NCBI RefSeq assembly: GCF_052116305.1
Contig: NZ_JBQKLI010000001.1
Span: 183,162 to 207,161, forward strand
Direction of reading: 5' to 3'
Length of the DNA: 24,000 nucleotides
DNA from: Gallicola sp. Sow4_E12
Lineage (GTDB): Bacteria > Bacillota > Clostridia > Tissierellales > Peptoniphilaceae
Below, piece by piece: positions 1 to 7,504 of the stretch. The stretch's first letter is position 1, and every line of letters starts with the position of its first letter. The translations under genes were made by a program, and so were the position numbers. Below the pieces are notes generated by a model. The model was not told where the DNA came from and searched no databases. It saw nothing but the letters and a program-made list of their open reading frames with translations.

Positions 1-504
1 ATTGGCCATAATTCCTAGCTGTATCAATTTTGAAATTAATTGAGTAACAGATACATTTATCGCTTCCGCTAAGTCTTTTACTGATATAGATGCTGGTATA
101 TACGTCACATCTGACTCTTCTTTTTGTTTCTTATTTTGTTTTTCTTCTGAAGCCTGGTTGGTAGAAGCATTCTTGTTTTTTTGTTTCGACTGTTTATGTC
201 TTTGTTTATTTCGTTTGGAAGAATTGGATTTTTGTTTTGACTTTTCTTTCTTTTGAGTATCTGCTTTCTTCTCATTGTCTGCATTCTTTTTATTTTCTGC
301 TTTTTTAGCAGGTTCTTTCTCCGATTTTTCCTCAACAGAATTAAACTTTTTAGATAATTCCTCTTTCGCTAATTGATAGCTTTCATCATCTAATGCTGCC
401 ATATGGCTTGTGATTTTAAAACCTAACTCATTTAGCTCAGAAACAGCTTCTTTTGCAGGAATATTCAGCTCTTTGGCTAATTCATAAACTCTTATTTTCT
501 TCAT
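1..504 (-). CDS. infB: Translation initiation factor IF-2, N-terminal part only (gene runs off the window start)
   Basis: My own reverse-strand translation from the ATG at 504..502 gives MKKIRVYELAKELNIPAKEAVSELNELGFKITSHMAALDDESYQLAKEEL..., followed by a Lys/Glu-rich linker. All 168 codons down to base 1 are open (I checked each triplet for tta/cta/tca). AGGAGGAAG Shine-Dalgarno at 519..511. Position directly after nusA-ylxR. Absent from the supplied track because it has no stop in the window. Confidence 0.9.
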   Translation of the reverse strand, partial: MKKIRVYELAKELNIPAKEAVSELNELGFKITSHMAALDDESYQLAKEELSKKFNSVEEKSEKEPAKKAENKKNADNEKKADTQKKEKSKQKSNSSKRNKQRHKQSKQKNKNASTNQASEEKQNKKQKEESDVTYIPASISVKDLAEAINVSVTQLISKLIQLGIMAN

Positions 505-517
505 ATATAGCTTCCTC

Positions 518-793
518 CTATTTCGCATTCACGTTTTTTACATAATCTTTTATCTCCTCATATAAATTTTGCGTGATTTCAGTTTTTAATGCGTGTTCTA
601 ACTTATGGTTCTTTTGTGCTAATTCAATACAGGAAGGATCTTTGCAGATATAAGCTCCTCGGCCGTTCTTTTTACCGGTCGGGTCTGCTAATACTCCTTC
701 TTCTTTATTATTGACTATTCTTATGAGATCATTCTTAGCCTTGTTTTCTCCGCAGGCTATACATTTTCGCATAGGAATTTTTTTATTCTTCAT
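518..793 (-). CDS. ylxR: YlxR/RnpM-family (DUF448) small RNA-binding protein
   Basis: 91 aa with the N-terminal PMRKCIACGENKAKNDLIRIV and GRGAYIC motifs typical of YlxR. The ATG overlaps the nusA stop by 11 nt. Conserved nusA-ylxR-infB position. Confidence 0.88.
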   Translation of the reverse strand: MKNKKIPMRKCIACGENKAKNDLIRIVNNKEEGVLADPTGKKNGRGAYICKDPSCIELAQKNHKLEHALKTEITQNLYEEIKDYVKNVNAK

Positions 794-1964
794 TTTCAGC
801 CTCGCCTAAATCTATCATTTCTTCTAATTTGGAAAGCTGATCGGAAATTGTATTGTCCATATCTGAAGCAGAGTTTAGGTACCCTTCTTCTCCTTCATAT
901 TGAACCTCGATAGCTCCATTCTCAATTTCATTTTGATATTGTTCATTTCCTTTAATATCAATTTTCCAGCCTGTTAGCTTAGCAGCTAATCTAGCATTTT
1001 GACCTTCTTTTCCGATCGCTAATGATAATTGATCTTCCGGTACTATAACTCTTGCATTTTTATTTTTTTCATCAATAAATACTGATTCTACAGTTGATGG
1101 ACTTAAACTATTTGCTAAAAACACTTTAATATCTTTGTCATAGACAATAATATCTAATTTTTCTCCCCGTAATTCATCAACAAGGGCTTTAACTCTTGTA
1201 CCTTTAAATCCAACACAGGCTCCTACTGGATCAATGTTTTCATCCTTTGTAAAAACAGCCAGTTTCGTTCTAGAACCTGCTTCTCTGGCTATAGAAAAGA
1301 TTTCTACAACACCGTCGCTGATTTCTGGAACTTCCAATTCAAGAAGTCTCTTTACAAGACCGGCGTCCGTACGAGATAAAATAACTTGGGCGCCTTTAGT
1401 CGTATTCTTTACTTCTTTAATGAAGAGTTTTACTCGATCATTAATTTTATAATTTTCTGTTTTAATCTGCTCCGCAGGAGGTACAACTCCTTCTACCCGG
1501 CCTAGGTCTATATATAGACTTCCCCTGTCGATTCGTTGAATCGTACCTGTAATCATTTCTTTTTCCCGGTCAATAAATTCATTATAGATAATGTCCCGCT
1601 CAGCATCTTTAATTTTTTGTATCACAATATTTCTAGCAGTCTGGGCTGCTATTCTTCCAAAATCACCGGGTGTAACTTCTATACTGATTTCATCTCCCAG
1701 CTCCACATTTGACCTGATCTTTTGGGCTTCTCCAATATTTATTTGACCGATTGGATCCTCTACAGATTCTACAATTTCTTTAATAGCAAACACTTTAATT
1801 TTCCCTGTGTCGCGGTCAATTTCAACTGAAACATTCTCTCTGTCGTCGTAATTTTTTCCGTAACTTTTTATAAGTGCTTTTTCCAAGGCATCAAAAATTA
1901 TCTCTCTTGGAATACCTTTTTCCGATTCAATTTCTTCTAATGCTCTTATAAATTCCTGATTCAT
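783..1964 (-). CDS. nusA: Transcription termination/antitermination factor NusA
   Basis: 393 aa. N-terminus MNQEFIRALEEIESEKGIPREIIFDALEKAL, an S1-like segment (GTIQRIDRGSLYIDLG) and KH motifs (VGACVGFKGTRVKALVDEL, AIGKEGQNARLAAKLTGWKIDI). Sits between rimP and ylxR. Confidence 0.97.
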   Translation of the reverse strand: MNQEFIRALEEIESEKGIPREIIFDALEKALIKSYGKNYDDRENVSVEIDRDTGKIKVFAIKEIVESVEDPIGQINIGEAQKIRSNVELGDEISIEVTPGDFGRIAAQTARNIVIQKIKDAERDIIYNEFIDREKEMITGTIQRIDRGSLYIDLGRVEGVVPPAEQIKTENYKINDRVKLFIKEVKNTTKGAQVILSRTDAGLVKRLLELEVPEISDGVVEIFSIAREAGSRTKLAVFTKDENIDPVGACVGFKGTRVKALVDELRGEKLDIIVYDKDIKVFLANSLSPSTVESVFIDEKNKNARVIVPEDQLSLAIGKEGQNARLAAKLTGWKIDIKGNEQYQNEIENGAIEVQYEGEEGYLNSASDMDNTISDQLSKLEEMIDLGEAENEE

Positions 1965-1983
1965 TAATATACACCTGTCCTAG

Positions 1984-2451
1984 TTAAAATAATGATAGTA
2001 TAATACTAGAAATCTTTTCTCTTTCTATACAGATTTCCTTGTTTTTCTTCGTTTCTATGTGGATATTATCTTCATTGAAATCTTTTAAGATTCCCAACCA
2101 CTCTTTTTTTCCATTCAAAGGCATATATAGTCTCACAACTACCTTCTTGTCTAAATTACGTCTATAGTCTTTAGGATAGCGGAATTCCCGTTCGATTCCT
2201 GGAGTAGATACTTCTAAGTAATAGGATTCGCTTATAGGATCTGTCCGATCCAGCTCATCGCTTATAACTGAGCTTGCTTTTTCGCAGTCTTCAACAGTGA
2301 CTAGTTCGTCGCTTATATTATCGATATAGAAACGCAGTACATTTCCCATTGATTCAGGTTGGTACTCTACTTCAACTATTTCATATCCTAATGATTTAAG
2401 CATTTTACCAAAGTGATTACTGCACCACTGCAAAAGATTTTTATTCTCCAT
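1984..2451 (-). CDS. rimP: Ribosome maturation factor RimP
   Basis: The track ORF extends to 2580, but the ATG at 2451..2449 (MENKNLLQWCSNHF...) is preceded by AGGAGG (about 2459..2465). That start gives the usual ~155 aa RimP size. LEVSTPGIEREF motif. Immediately upstream of nusA. Confidence 0.9.
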   Translation of the reverse strand: MENKNLLQWCSNHFGKMLKSLGYEIVEVEYQPESMGNVLRFYIDNISDELVTVEDCEKASSVISDELDRTDPISESYYLEVSTPGIEREFRYPKDYRRNLDKKVVVRLYMPLNGKKEWLGILKDFNEDNIHIETKKNKEICIEREKISSIILSLF

Positions 2452-2536
2452 ATAAATTCCTCCTAATCGAATCCTAAACAAGCTTTTAAAATATAAAAGC
2501 ATCTTAACTGCCAATCGGTAAACTTTTGATAAATGG

Positions 2537-2568
2537 ACAATAAAGAAGAGTGGGATACCCCCACTCTC
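2537..2568 (-). terminator. Intrinsic-terminator-like hairpin in the rimP leader, downstream of the yqfB-like gene
   Basis: Minus strand reads GAGAGUGGG-GGUAU-CCCACUCUU (8 Watson-Crick pairs plus 1 G.U; arms 2568..2560 and 2554..2546), followed by UCUUUAUUGU (2546..2537). The U tract is interrupted, so this is a moderate terminator. Confidence 0.6.
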
Positions 2569-2594
2569 TCCATTTCTCAAATTTATCTAATAAT

Positions 2595-2623
2595 ATTATA
2601 TCAAAATTATGCGATTCTATCAA
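2595..2623 (-). promoter_or_regulatory. Sigma-A-type promoter with extended -10, directed toward rimP-nusA
   Basis: Minus strand: TTGATA (2623..2618), a 17-nt spacer, then TG-a-TATAAT (TG 2603..2602, hexamer 2600..2595). It starts on the base after the TAG stop of the upstream gene. Confidence 0.6.
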
Positions 2624-3019
2624 CTATTTACGGAGACTTTTAGGTTTAGACAGGAGTTCATAGTAAAGAAACATTTCTTTAGGAGAGGGTTTATCCTTTT
2701 TGCCATCCTTTTTCTCAACCATTATGCTGTCTTTGTTGCCTTGCAGCTTTCTGTCTGCCGAAGGTTTATCCTTTTTCTCCACAATATCCCATGAAATTTC
2801 TTTTGCTGCTGGAAATTGTTTTTTTATAATTTCTTTTCCCTTTTGTTCTGCCGGTTTCTTAGTCTCTTCATCGAGATCTGTGAAATACTTTTTAAGATCT
2901 CTTTCTCTAAATTCAAAAAATTTTGATTTTTTGCTCTGTTTCTGCTTATTTTGGGGTCTCCTTGAAATTTTTGAAAATATGACATAAGCTCCGATCGCTA
3001 TAAGCAAAAGATCTAACAT
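2624..3019 (-). CDS. Small membrane-anchored Lys-rich protein, YqfB-like by position (function unknown)
   Basis: 131 aa. One N-terminal hydrophobic helix (MLDLLLIAIGAYVIFSKI), then a highly charged K/E-rich tail with an internal VEKKD..KPS repeat. Starts 5 nt after floA ends. Occupies the position of yqfB in the B. subtilis yqeZ-yqfA-yqfB operon. The assignment rests on synteny and architecture only. Confidence 0.6.
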   Translation of the reverse strand: MLDLLLIAIGAYVIFSKISRRPQNKQKQSKKSKFFEFRERDLKKYFTDLDEETKKPAEQKGKEIIKKQFPAAKEISWDIVEKKDKPSADRKLQGNKDSIMVEKKDGKKDKPSPKEMFLYYELLSKPKSLRK

Positions 3020-3024
3020 CAGAA

Positions 3025-4005
3025 CTAATCCTCCTTATTCGTAGTTTCATTTGAATCTGCGAAAGATTCTCTCATTTTAGTATCCGATACAATATTATTT
3101 AAATTATAATAATCTAAAACTCCTAAATTCCCATTTTTCAGCGCATCAGCTATTGCTAATGGTACCTTAGATTCTGCTTCTACAACTTTAGCTCTCATAC
3201 TGCGGACTTCTGCTATCATTTCCTGTTCTTTCGCTACAGCCATAGCACGGCGCTCTTCCGCTTTTGCTTGAGCAATTCTCTTATCTGCTTCTGCCTGATC
3301 TGTCATAAGCTTAGCTCCGATATTTCTTCCGACATCGATATCCGCAATATCTATAGACAGGATTTCAAAAGCAGTTCCCGAATCCAGACCTTTAGTTAAA
3401 ACAGTTTTTGAGATCGAATCTGGATTTTCTAGAACATCTTTGTGGCTTTTAGCAGATCCGACCGTTGTAACTATACCTTCTCCTACTCTGGCTATAATCG
3501 TTTCCTCTCCTGCACCGCCGACTAAACGATCGATATTCGCTCTAACAGTGACCTTTGCTTTTGCTAAAAGTTCTATACCGTTTATAGCTACAGCTGAAAT
3601 CTGCGGTGTTTCGATAACCTTAGGATTAACCGAAACCTGTACAGCCTCTAAAACATTTCTGCCAGCTAGATCAATAGCGGCCGCTCTCTCAAATTCCAAT
3701 GGTATCTCTGCTCTTTGAGCTGCAATAAGAGCGTCTACCAATGTATTAACATTCCCCCCGGCTAAATGATGAGCTTCCAATTCATTTGTGCTGAGAACCA
3801 AACCCGCTTTCGTAGCCTTAATTAATGGGTTAATGATTTTGCTAGGTGTAACTCTTCTTAATCTCATTCCGATAAGATTAGAGATTTTCACTTTTACGCC
3901 AGAGAAAAATGCTGTGATCCATAATCCCACTGGAACCATTGTGAAAAGAATTCCTAAAAATATAAGAATTATAAACGCGATTAAAATAATAAATACTAAT
4001 TCCAT
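3025..4005 (-). CDS. floA: Flotillin-like protein FloA (UPF0365/YqfA family, SPFH domain)
   Basis: 326 aa. Long stretches match my recollection of B. subtilis FloA, e.g. [125 protein letters not shown] lies inside the nfeD 3' end. TAA-ATG abutment at 4008..4003. Confidence 0.95.
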   Translation of the reverse strand: MELVFIILIAFIILIFLGILFTMVPVGLWITAFFSGVKVKISNLIGMRLRRVTPSKIINPLIKATKAGLVLSTNELEAHHLAGGNVNTLVDALIAAQRAEIPLEFERAAAIDLAGRNVLEAVQVSVNPKVIETPQISAVAINGIELLAKAKVTVRANIDRLVGGAGEETIIARVGEGIVTTVGSAKSHKDVLENPDSISKTVLTKGLDSGTAFEILSIDIADIDVGRNIGAKLMTDQAEADKRIAQAKAEERRAMAVAKEQEMIAEVRSMRAKVVEAESKVPLAIADALKNGNLGVLDYYNLNNIVSDTKMRESFADSNETTNKED

Positions 4006-4716
4006 TTAATACCTCCTTACTTTTACAATATTGCCATTTACCGATACAATAACAATTTTTTCGCCTTTATCGATAAATTCTCCAAATGTAACTACATCAA
4101 TGCGGCGTTCGCCTACAATCATAACCCCTGACGGACGAAGTGCTGTTTCTGCTGTTCCAACTTCTCCAATCACCGCCTTTTCTTCGTTATATTCTTCGTC
4201 TTTCTTAGGTTTTGTAACCCTTAAGATAATCGGTTCAAAAAGCTTGTGCTTATACCCTTGTTTAATGAAGATATAAAGAATTATAGTTGAGACGATGATA
4301 GCAATACTTAATGTTAATACAGCAGTAAATATGTCTCCTATTGCTAGGAAAATACCCAATATTATAAAGCCTAAACCCGCTATCCCGATAAAGCCGAAAC
4401 TCGGCACAAAAATTTCAATACCCAGCAAGAGACAACCGATTAAAAAGATAATAATATGTATCATTTCCGCATTTCCTAATGTAAAGTTCAGATAAAAAAA
4501 ACCGATAAAAGATAATAGCGAAAAGATACCTGCAATTCCGAAAGTAGGCAGAAAGATTTCAATAATAAATAATACTACTGCCGCCACTAAGAGTACAATC
4601 GACAATACACTTGTATTTTCTGCTAACGATAATGATGCTGCAAAGGTTTTACTTGAAATAGAAAACAATGAAATGATCATCATGAGCATAAATAGACCTA
4701 TTTTTTTATTTTTCAT
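4006..4716 (-). CDS. nfeD: NfeD-family membrane protein, short form (no protease-like N-domain)
   Basis: 236 aa. Signal-peptide-like N-terminus (MKNKKIGLFMLMMIISLFSISSKTFAAS). Duplicated IEIF(L/V)P(T/S)FG(I/F)(A/I)G membrane segments. C-terminal soluble OB-like domain (VIGEVGTAETALRPSGVMIVGERRIDVVTFGEFIDKGEKIVIVSVNGNIVKV). Directly upstream of floA. Confidence 0.85.
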   Translation of the reverse strand: MKNKKIGLFMLMMIISLFSISSKTFAASLSLAENTSVLSIVLLVAAVVLFIIEIFLPTFGIAGIFSLLSFIGFFYLNFTLGNAEMIHIIIFLIGCLLLGIEIFVPSFGFIGIAGLGFIILGIFLAIGDIFTAVLTLSIAIIVSTIILYIFIKQGYKHKLFEPIILRVTKPKKDEEYNEEKAVIGEVGTAETALRPSGVMIVGERRIDVVTFGEFIDKGEKIVIVSVNGNIVKVRRY

Positions 4717-4733
4717 ATATATCCCCCTCTTCT

Positions 4734-4762
4734 ATTATACATTAAATACTATACAATGGAAT
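4734..4762 (-). promoter_or_regulatory. Putative promoter of the nfeD-floA operon
   Basis: Minus strand: ATTCCA (4762..4757), 17 nt, TATAAT (4739..4734) with TG immediately upstream. The -35 is weak (3/6). Located between the rpsU terminator and the nfeD start. Confidence 0.35.
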
Positions 4763-4769
4763 TTTGAGT

Positions 4770-4802
4770 AGAAAAAAACTGCTCTGAATAAACAAAGCAG
4801 TT
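4770..4802 (-). terminator. Rho-independent terminator of rpsU
   Basis: Minus strand AACUGCUUU-GUUUAUUC-AGAGCAGUU (9 bp including one G.U), running into a 7-U run (plus-strand A run 4772..4778). Begins 11 nt after the rpsU stop. Confidence 0.8.
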
Positions 4803-4812
4803 ATAATTTAAA

Positions 4813-4992
4813 TTAAAATTTTTTCTTTTTACGTCTAGCCGCCTCAGATTTCTTTTTTCTCTTTACGCTAGGTTTTTCATAGTGCTCTCTTTTTCTGTAT
4901 TCAGATAAAACACCAGATCTGGCACATTGTCTTTTAAATCTCTTTAAGGCGCTATCTAATGATTCATTCTCTCCAACTTTAATTTCTGACAT
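4813..4992 (-). CDS. rpsU: 30S ribosomal protein S21
   Basis: Not in the ORF track (59 aa). My translation from the ATG at 4992..4990 is [59 protein letters not shown], with the stop at 4815..4813. GGAGG SD at 5005..5001, 8 nt upstream. Confidence 0.95.
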   Translation of the reverse strand: MSEIKVGENESLDSALKRFKRQCARSGVLSEYRKREHYEKPSVKRKKKSEAARRKKKKF

Positions 4993-5052
4993 AATCTATC
5001 CCTCCCCTCTTTTCTTGCAAGAGTACTCCTAAGAGTAGAATAATACCCTAAT

Positions 5053-5081
5053 AGTATATACTACCTTTAATCAATATGCAA
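5053..5081 (-). promoter_or_regulatory. Sigma-A-type promoter of rpsU
   Basis: Minus strand: TTGCAT (5081..5076), 17 nt, TATACT (5058..5053). Lies between the HIT-gene stop (5087) and rpsU. Confidence 0.6.
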
Positions 5082-5086
5082 GAGAT

Positions 5087-5428
5087 TTAACCGGGTGGCC
5101 ATTGTAAACTTCTTCCGGCCAAAACATGGAAATGAATATGATGTACAGTTTGACCTCCATCATTGCCGCAGTTATTAACAATTCTATAACCATCCTCTGC
5201 AAAACCCATCTCCTTCGCCAACTTAGCAACAGCTGCATAAATACCTCCTATTATCGAAGCATTAGCGCTATTGATTTCATTAGCTGAACTAATATGTTCT
5301 TTAGGGATTACTAGAAAGTGTACAGGTGCTTGTGGATTTTGATCGTTAAAGGCAATTATTTTATCGTCTTCATAAATTGCATCTGTCTCAATATTGCCTT
5401 TAACTATTTCACAAAAAATACAGTTCAT
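5087..5428 (-). CDS. HIT-family (histidine triad) nucleotide hydrolase/transferase
   Basis: 113 aa. N-terminal CIFCEI and the histidine-triad motif VHHIHFHVLAG near the C-terminus. AGGAGGTG SD. Confidence 0.92.
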   Translation of the reverse strand: MNCIFCEIVKGNIETDAIYEDDKIIAFNDQNPQAPVHFLVIPKEHISSANEINSANASIIGGIYAAVAKLAKEMGFAEDGYRIVNNCGNDGGQTVHHIHFHVLAGRSLQWPPG

Positions 5429-5447
5429 CCTTTCACCTCCTTTATCA

Positions 5448-5476
5448 ATTATATCAAATGGATTAGGATTAGAAAA
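5448..5476 (-). promoter_or_regulatory. Possible internal extended -10 promoter ahead of the HIT gene
   Basis: Minus strand TG-a-TATAAT (TG 5456..5455, hexamer 5453..5448). The -35 is poor (TTTTCT, 5476..5471). It would give a very short leader containing the SD. Confidence 0.3.
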
Positions 5477-5478
5477 GA

Positions 5479-6780
5479 TTAAATATTGATTTTTGAGTAC
5501 AATTCTTCATTTTTTATTTCAATAGGCTCTACTTTTATTATTTTATTTAAATATTGCTCCTCAAAATCTAATTTTATTCTCAGATAATTTGAAGAATAAC
5601 CATACATATATTCTTTATCATGACTCTCTTCCACTAAGACCGTTAAACTTTGACCTTTCTGTTTTTCCATAAATCTTTTTGCAAGTTTATCGCCTAATAT
5701 AATTAACCGAGCACTGCGTTCCTTTTTTACATTTCCGTTGACAGGATCTCCCCATTTAGAAGCCGCAGTTCCTTCTCTTTGACTATACTTAAACACATGA
5801 ATTCTAGAAAATTCCATTTTTTCCGAAAATTCCAAAGTATCTTCAAAATCCTCTTCTTCTTCTCCTGGAAAACCTACGATTATATCTGTAGTAATACCTG
5901 CATTGGGGAAATACTGTCTTAGAAGATTTACTCGTTCTTCATACATTTTTCGATCGTATTTTCTATTCATCGCTTTTAAAATTCTATCGGATCCGCTTTG
6001 CAGTGAAAGATGAAAATGGTCGCATAATTTACCGAGTTTAGCAGCACGTTCCAAGAAGTCTCTTGTTATAATTCTCGGTTCTACTGAGCTTAATCGGATT
6101 CTTTCTATACTGGGAATTGTTGCAACTCGTTCTATTACATCAATTAACTGATACCCATCTTTATCGTCTCTTCCATAAGAGGCAACATGGATTCCTGTTA
6201 AAACAACTTCTTTGTATCCATTATCCGATAAGTTTTTTGCTTCCTCATAAATTTCGTTAATATTTCGAGAACATATCGGTCCTCTGGCGTAGGGAATAAT
6301 ACAATAGGAGCAAAACTGGCTGCAGCCTTCTTGTATTTTTATATAGGCTCTGGTCATCTCTTTTTGCTGAGTAATCTTAAGAGGATCAAAAACTTTATCT
6401 CTCTTAAGCTGAGAAACTGCATTTACATTTCTCTTTTCTTTTTTTGCTTTTTCGCATAGCTCGACAATTCTGCTTCTTTCAGCAGTTCCTAAAACAACAT
6501 TAACCCCATCTATATTAGATACTTCTTTATCTTTGATCTGGGAATAACAGCCTACAACTGCTATAATTGCATTTTCGTTTGTTCTTCTGGCTTTAGAGAT
6601 AGCCTGTCTCGACTTGCGGTCGCTAAGATTTGTAACAGTACAGGTATTTATAATATATATATCTGAAAACTCATTGAACCCTCTGATTTCATAATCTTTT
6701 TTTTCAAATAATTCCTGCATCGCTTCCGTCTCGTAATGATTCACTTTGCAGCCCAAGGTTAAAAACGCTACTGATTCCAA
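5479..6780 (-). CDS. mtaB: tRNA t6A37 methylthiotransferase MtaB (radical SAM MTTase, YqeV-type)
   Basis: 433 aa. N-terminal MTTase cysteines (LGCKVN, NTCTVT, VVGCY), radical-SAM CSQFCSYC and a C-terminal TRAM-like region. Conserved prmA-rsmE-mtaB order distinguishes it from MiaB. Start is TTG at 6780..6778, one base after the rsmE stop. Confidence 0.9.
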   Translation of the reverse strand: MESVAFLTLGCKVNHYETEAMQELFEKKDYEIRGFNEFSDIYIINTCTVTNLSDRKSRQAISKARRTNENAIIAVVGCYSQIKDKEVSNIDGVNVVLGTAERSRIVELCEKAKKEKRNVNAVSQLKRDKVFDPLKITQQKEMTRAYIKIQEGCSQFCSYCIIPYARGPICSRNINEIYEEAKNLSDNGYKEVVLTGIHVASYGRDDKDGYQLIDVIERVATIPSIERIRLSSVEPRIITRDFLERAAKLGKLCDHFHLSLQSGSDRILKAMNRKYDRKMYEERVNLLRQYFPNAGITTDIIVGFPGEEEEDFEDTLEFSEKMEFSRIHVFKYSQREGTAASKWGDPVNGNVKKERSARLIILGDKLAKRFMEKQKGQSLTVLVEESHDKEYMYGYSSNYLRIKLDFEEQYLNKIIKVEPIEIKNEELYSKINI

Positions 6781-6781
6781 C

Positions 6782-7504
6782 TTAATTTAAGTCTCCTTTC
6801 TCATATTGCAGAATGGATAAAAGCGCTAAAGCTGCTGTTTCTGCCCTTAAAATTCTGTTTCCAATTGAAACAGAACGTGCACCCATCCCTTGTAATTTCT
6901 CGATTTCTTCCTTTTCAAACCCGCCTTCCGGCCCAATAATTACATTTACAGAATTTATACTGTCTGTCTCTAAAATTGTTTTTAAAGATTCCTCTTCTTC
7001 TTCGTATGCAACAATCGTGTATTCATCTTGTACCTCTAATTGATCCAAAGACAAAGGCGGATGAATAATCGGTATGTTTTTTCGTTTGGATTGTTTGGCA
7101 GCTTCTTCAATTATTTTTTCAAATCTTTTTATTTTAGATTGAGCTTTGCCTTCTTTTATTTTAACAACAGTCCTGTTTGTTAATAAGGGTGTTATCTCAT
7201 CCACACCTAATTCAACAGCTTTTTGAATAATAAAATCCATCTTGTCTCCTTTGCAGTAGCCTTGATACAAATGGATCGATAGTGGAGACTCATAGCTTTT
7301 TTCGTCGATATTTATAATTTTTGTTTTTATACAGTCTTCTAGTATTTCGGAAATTTCTACATCATAAATAATATCATTAGAAACAATTTGTATTTTTTCG
7401 TAAATTCGTATTCTCAAAGAGTTTTTTAAATGATTGTGATCAGGGCCATCAATTACTATAATCCCCTTTTCATCGGGAATATTTTCGGTAAAAAATCTAT
7501 ACAT
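6782..7504 (-). CDS. rsmE: 16S rRNA m3U1498 methyltransferase RsmE
   Basis: 240 aa. MYRFF N-terminus and the C-terminal IGPEGGF...LRAETAA SPOUT motif. Its ATG overlaps the prmA stop by 8 nt. Confidence 0.92.
   Translation of the reverse strand: MYRFFTENIPDEKGIIVIDGPDHNHLKNSLRIRIYEKIQIVSNDIIYDVEISEILEDCIKTKIINIDEKSYESPLSIHLYQGYCKGDKMDFIIQKAVELGVDEITPLLTNRTVVKIKEGKAQSKIKRFEKIIEEAAKQSKRKNIPIIHPPLSLDQLEVQDEYTIVAYEEEEESLKTILETDSINSVNVIIGPEGGFEKEEIEKLQGMGARSVSIGNRILRAETAALALLSILQYEKGDLN

Noticed and set aside
105-335. 76-aa Lys/Arg-rich minus-strand ORF listed in the track
   Set aside because: It lies in a different frame from the open infB frame, which starts at 504 with a good SD and a recognisable IF-2 N-terminus. 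It is a by-product of the A/G-rich low-complexity linker region of infB.
2480-2514. Possible second rimP promoter using TTGGCA (2514..2509)
   Set aside because: The only -10-like hexamers downstream (TATATT, TATTTT, TTTTAA) sit at 13-17 nt with poor matches. At the ideal 17-nt spacing the hexamer is TTTTAA. Too weak to report as a feature.
2452-2580. N-terminal extension of rimP to a TTG at 2580 (198-aa track ORF), and an alternative 36-aa leader peptide starting at the ATG near 2573
   Set aside because: The extension would read through the terminator-like hairpin and has no SD. The ATG at 2451 has AGGAGG and gives the normal RimP length. The 36-aa frame also lacks a credible SD, so I do not call a leader peptide.
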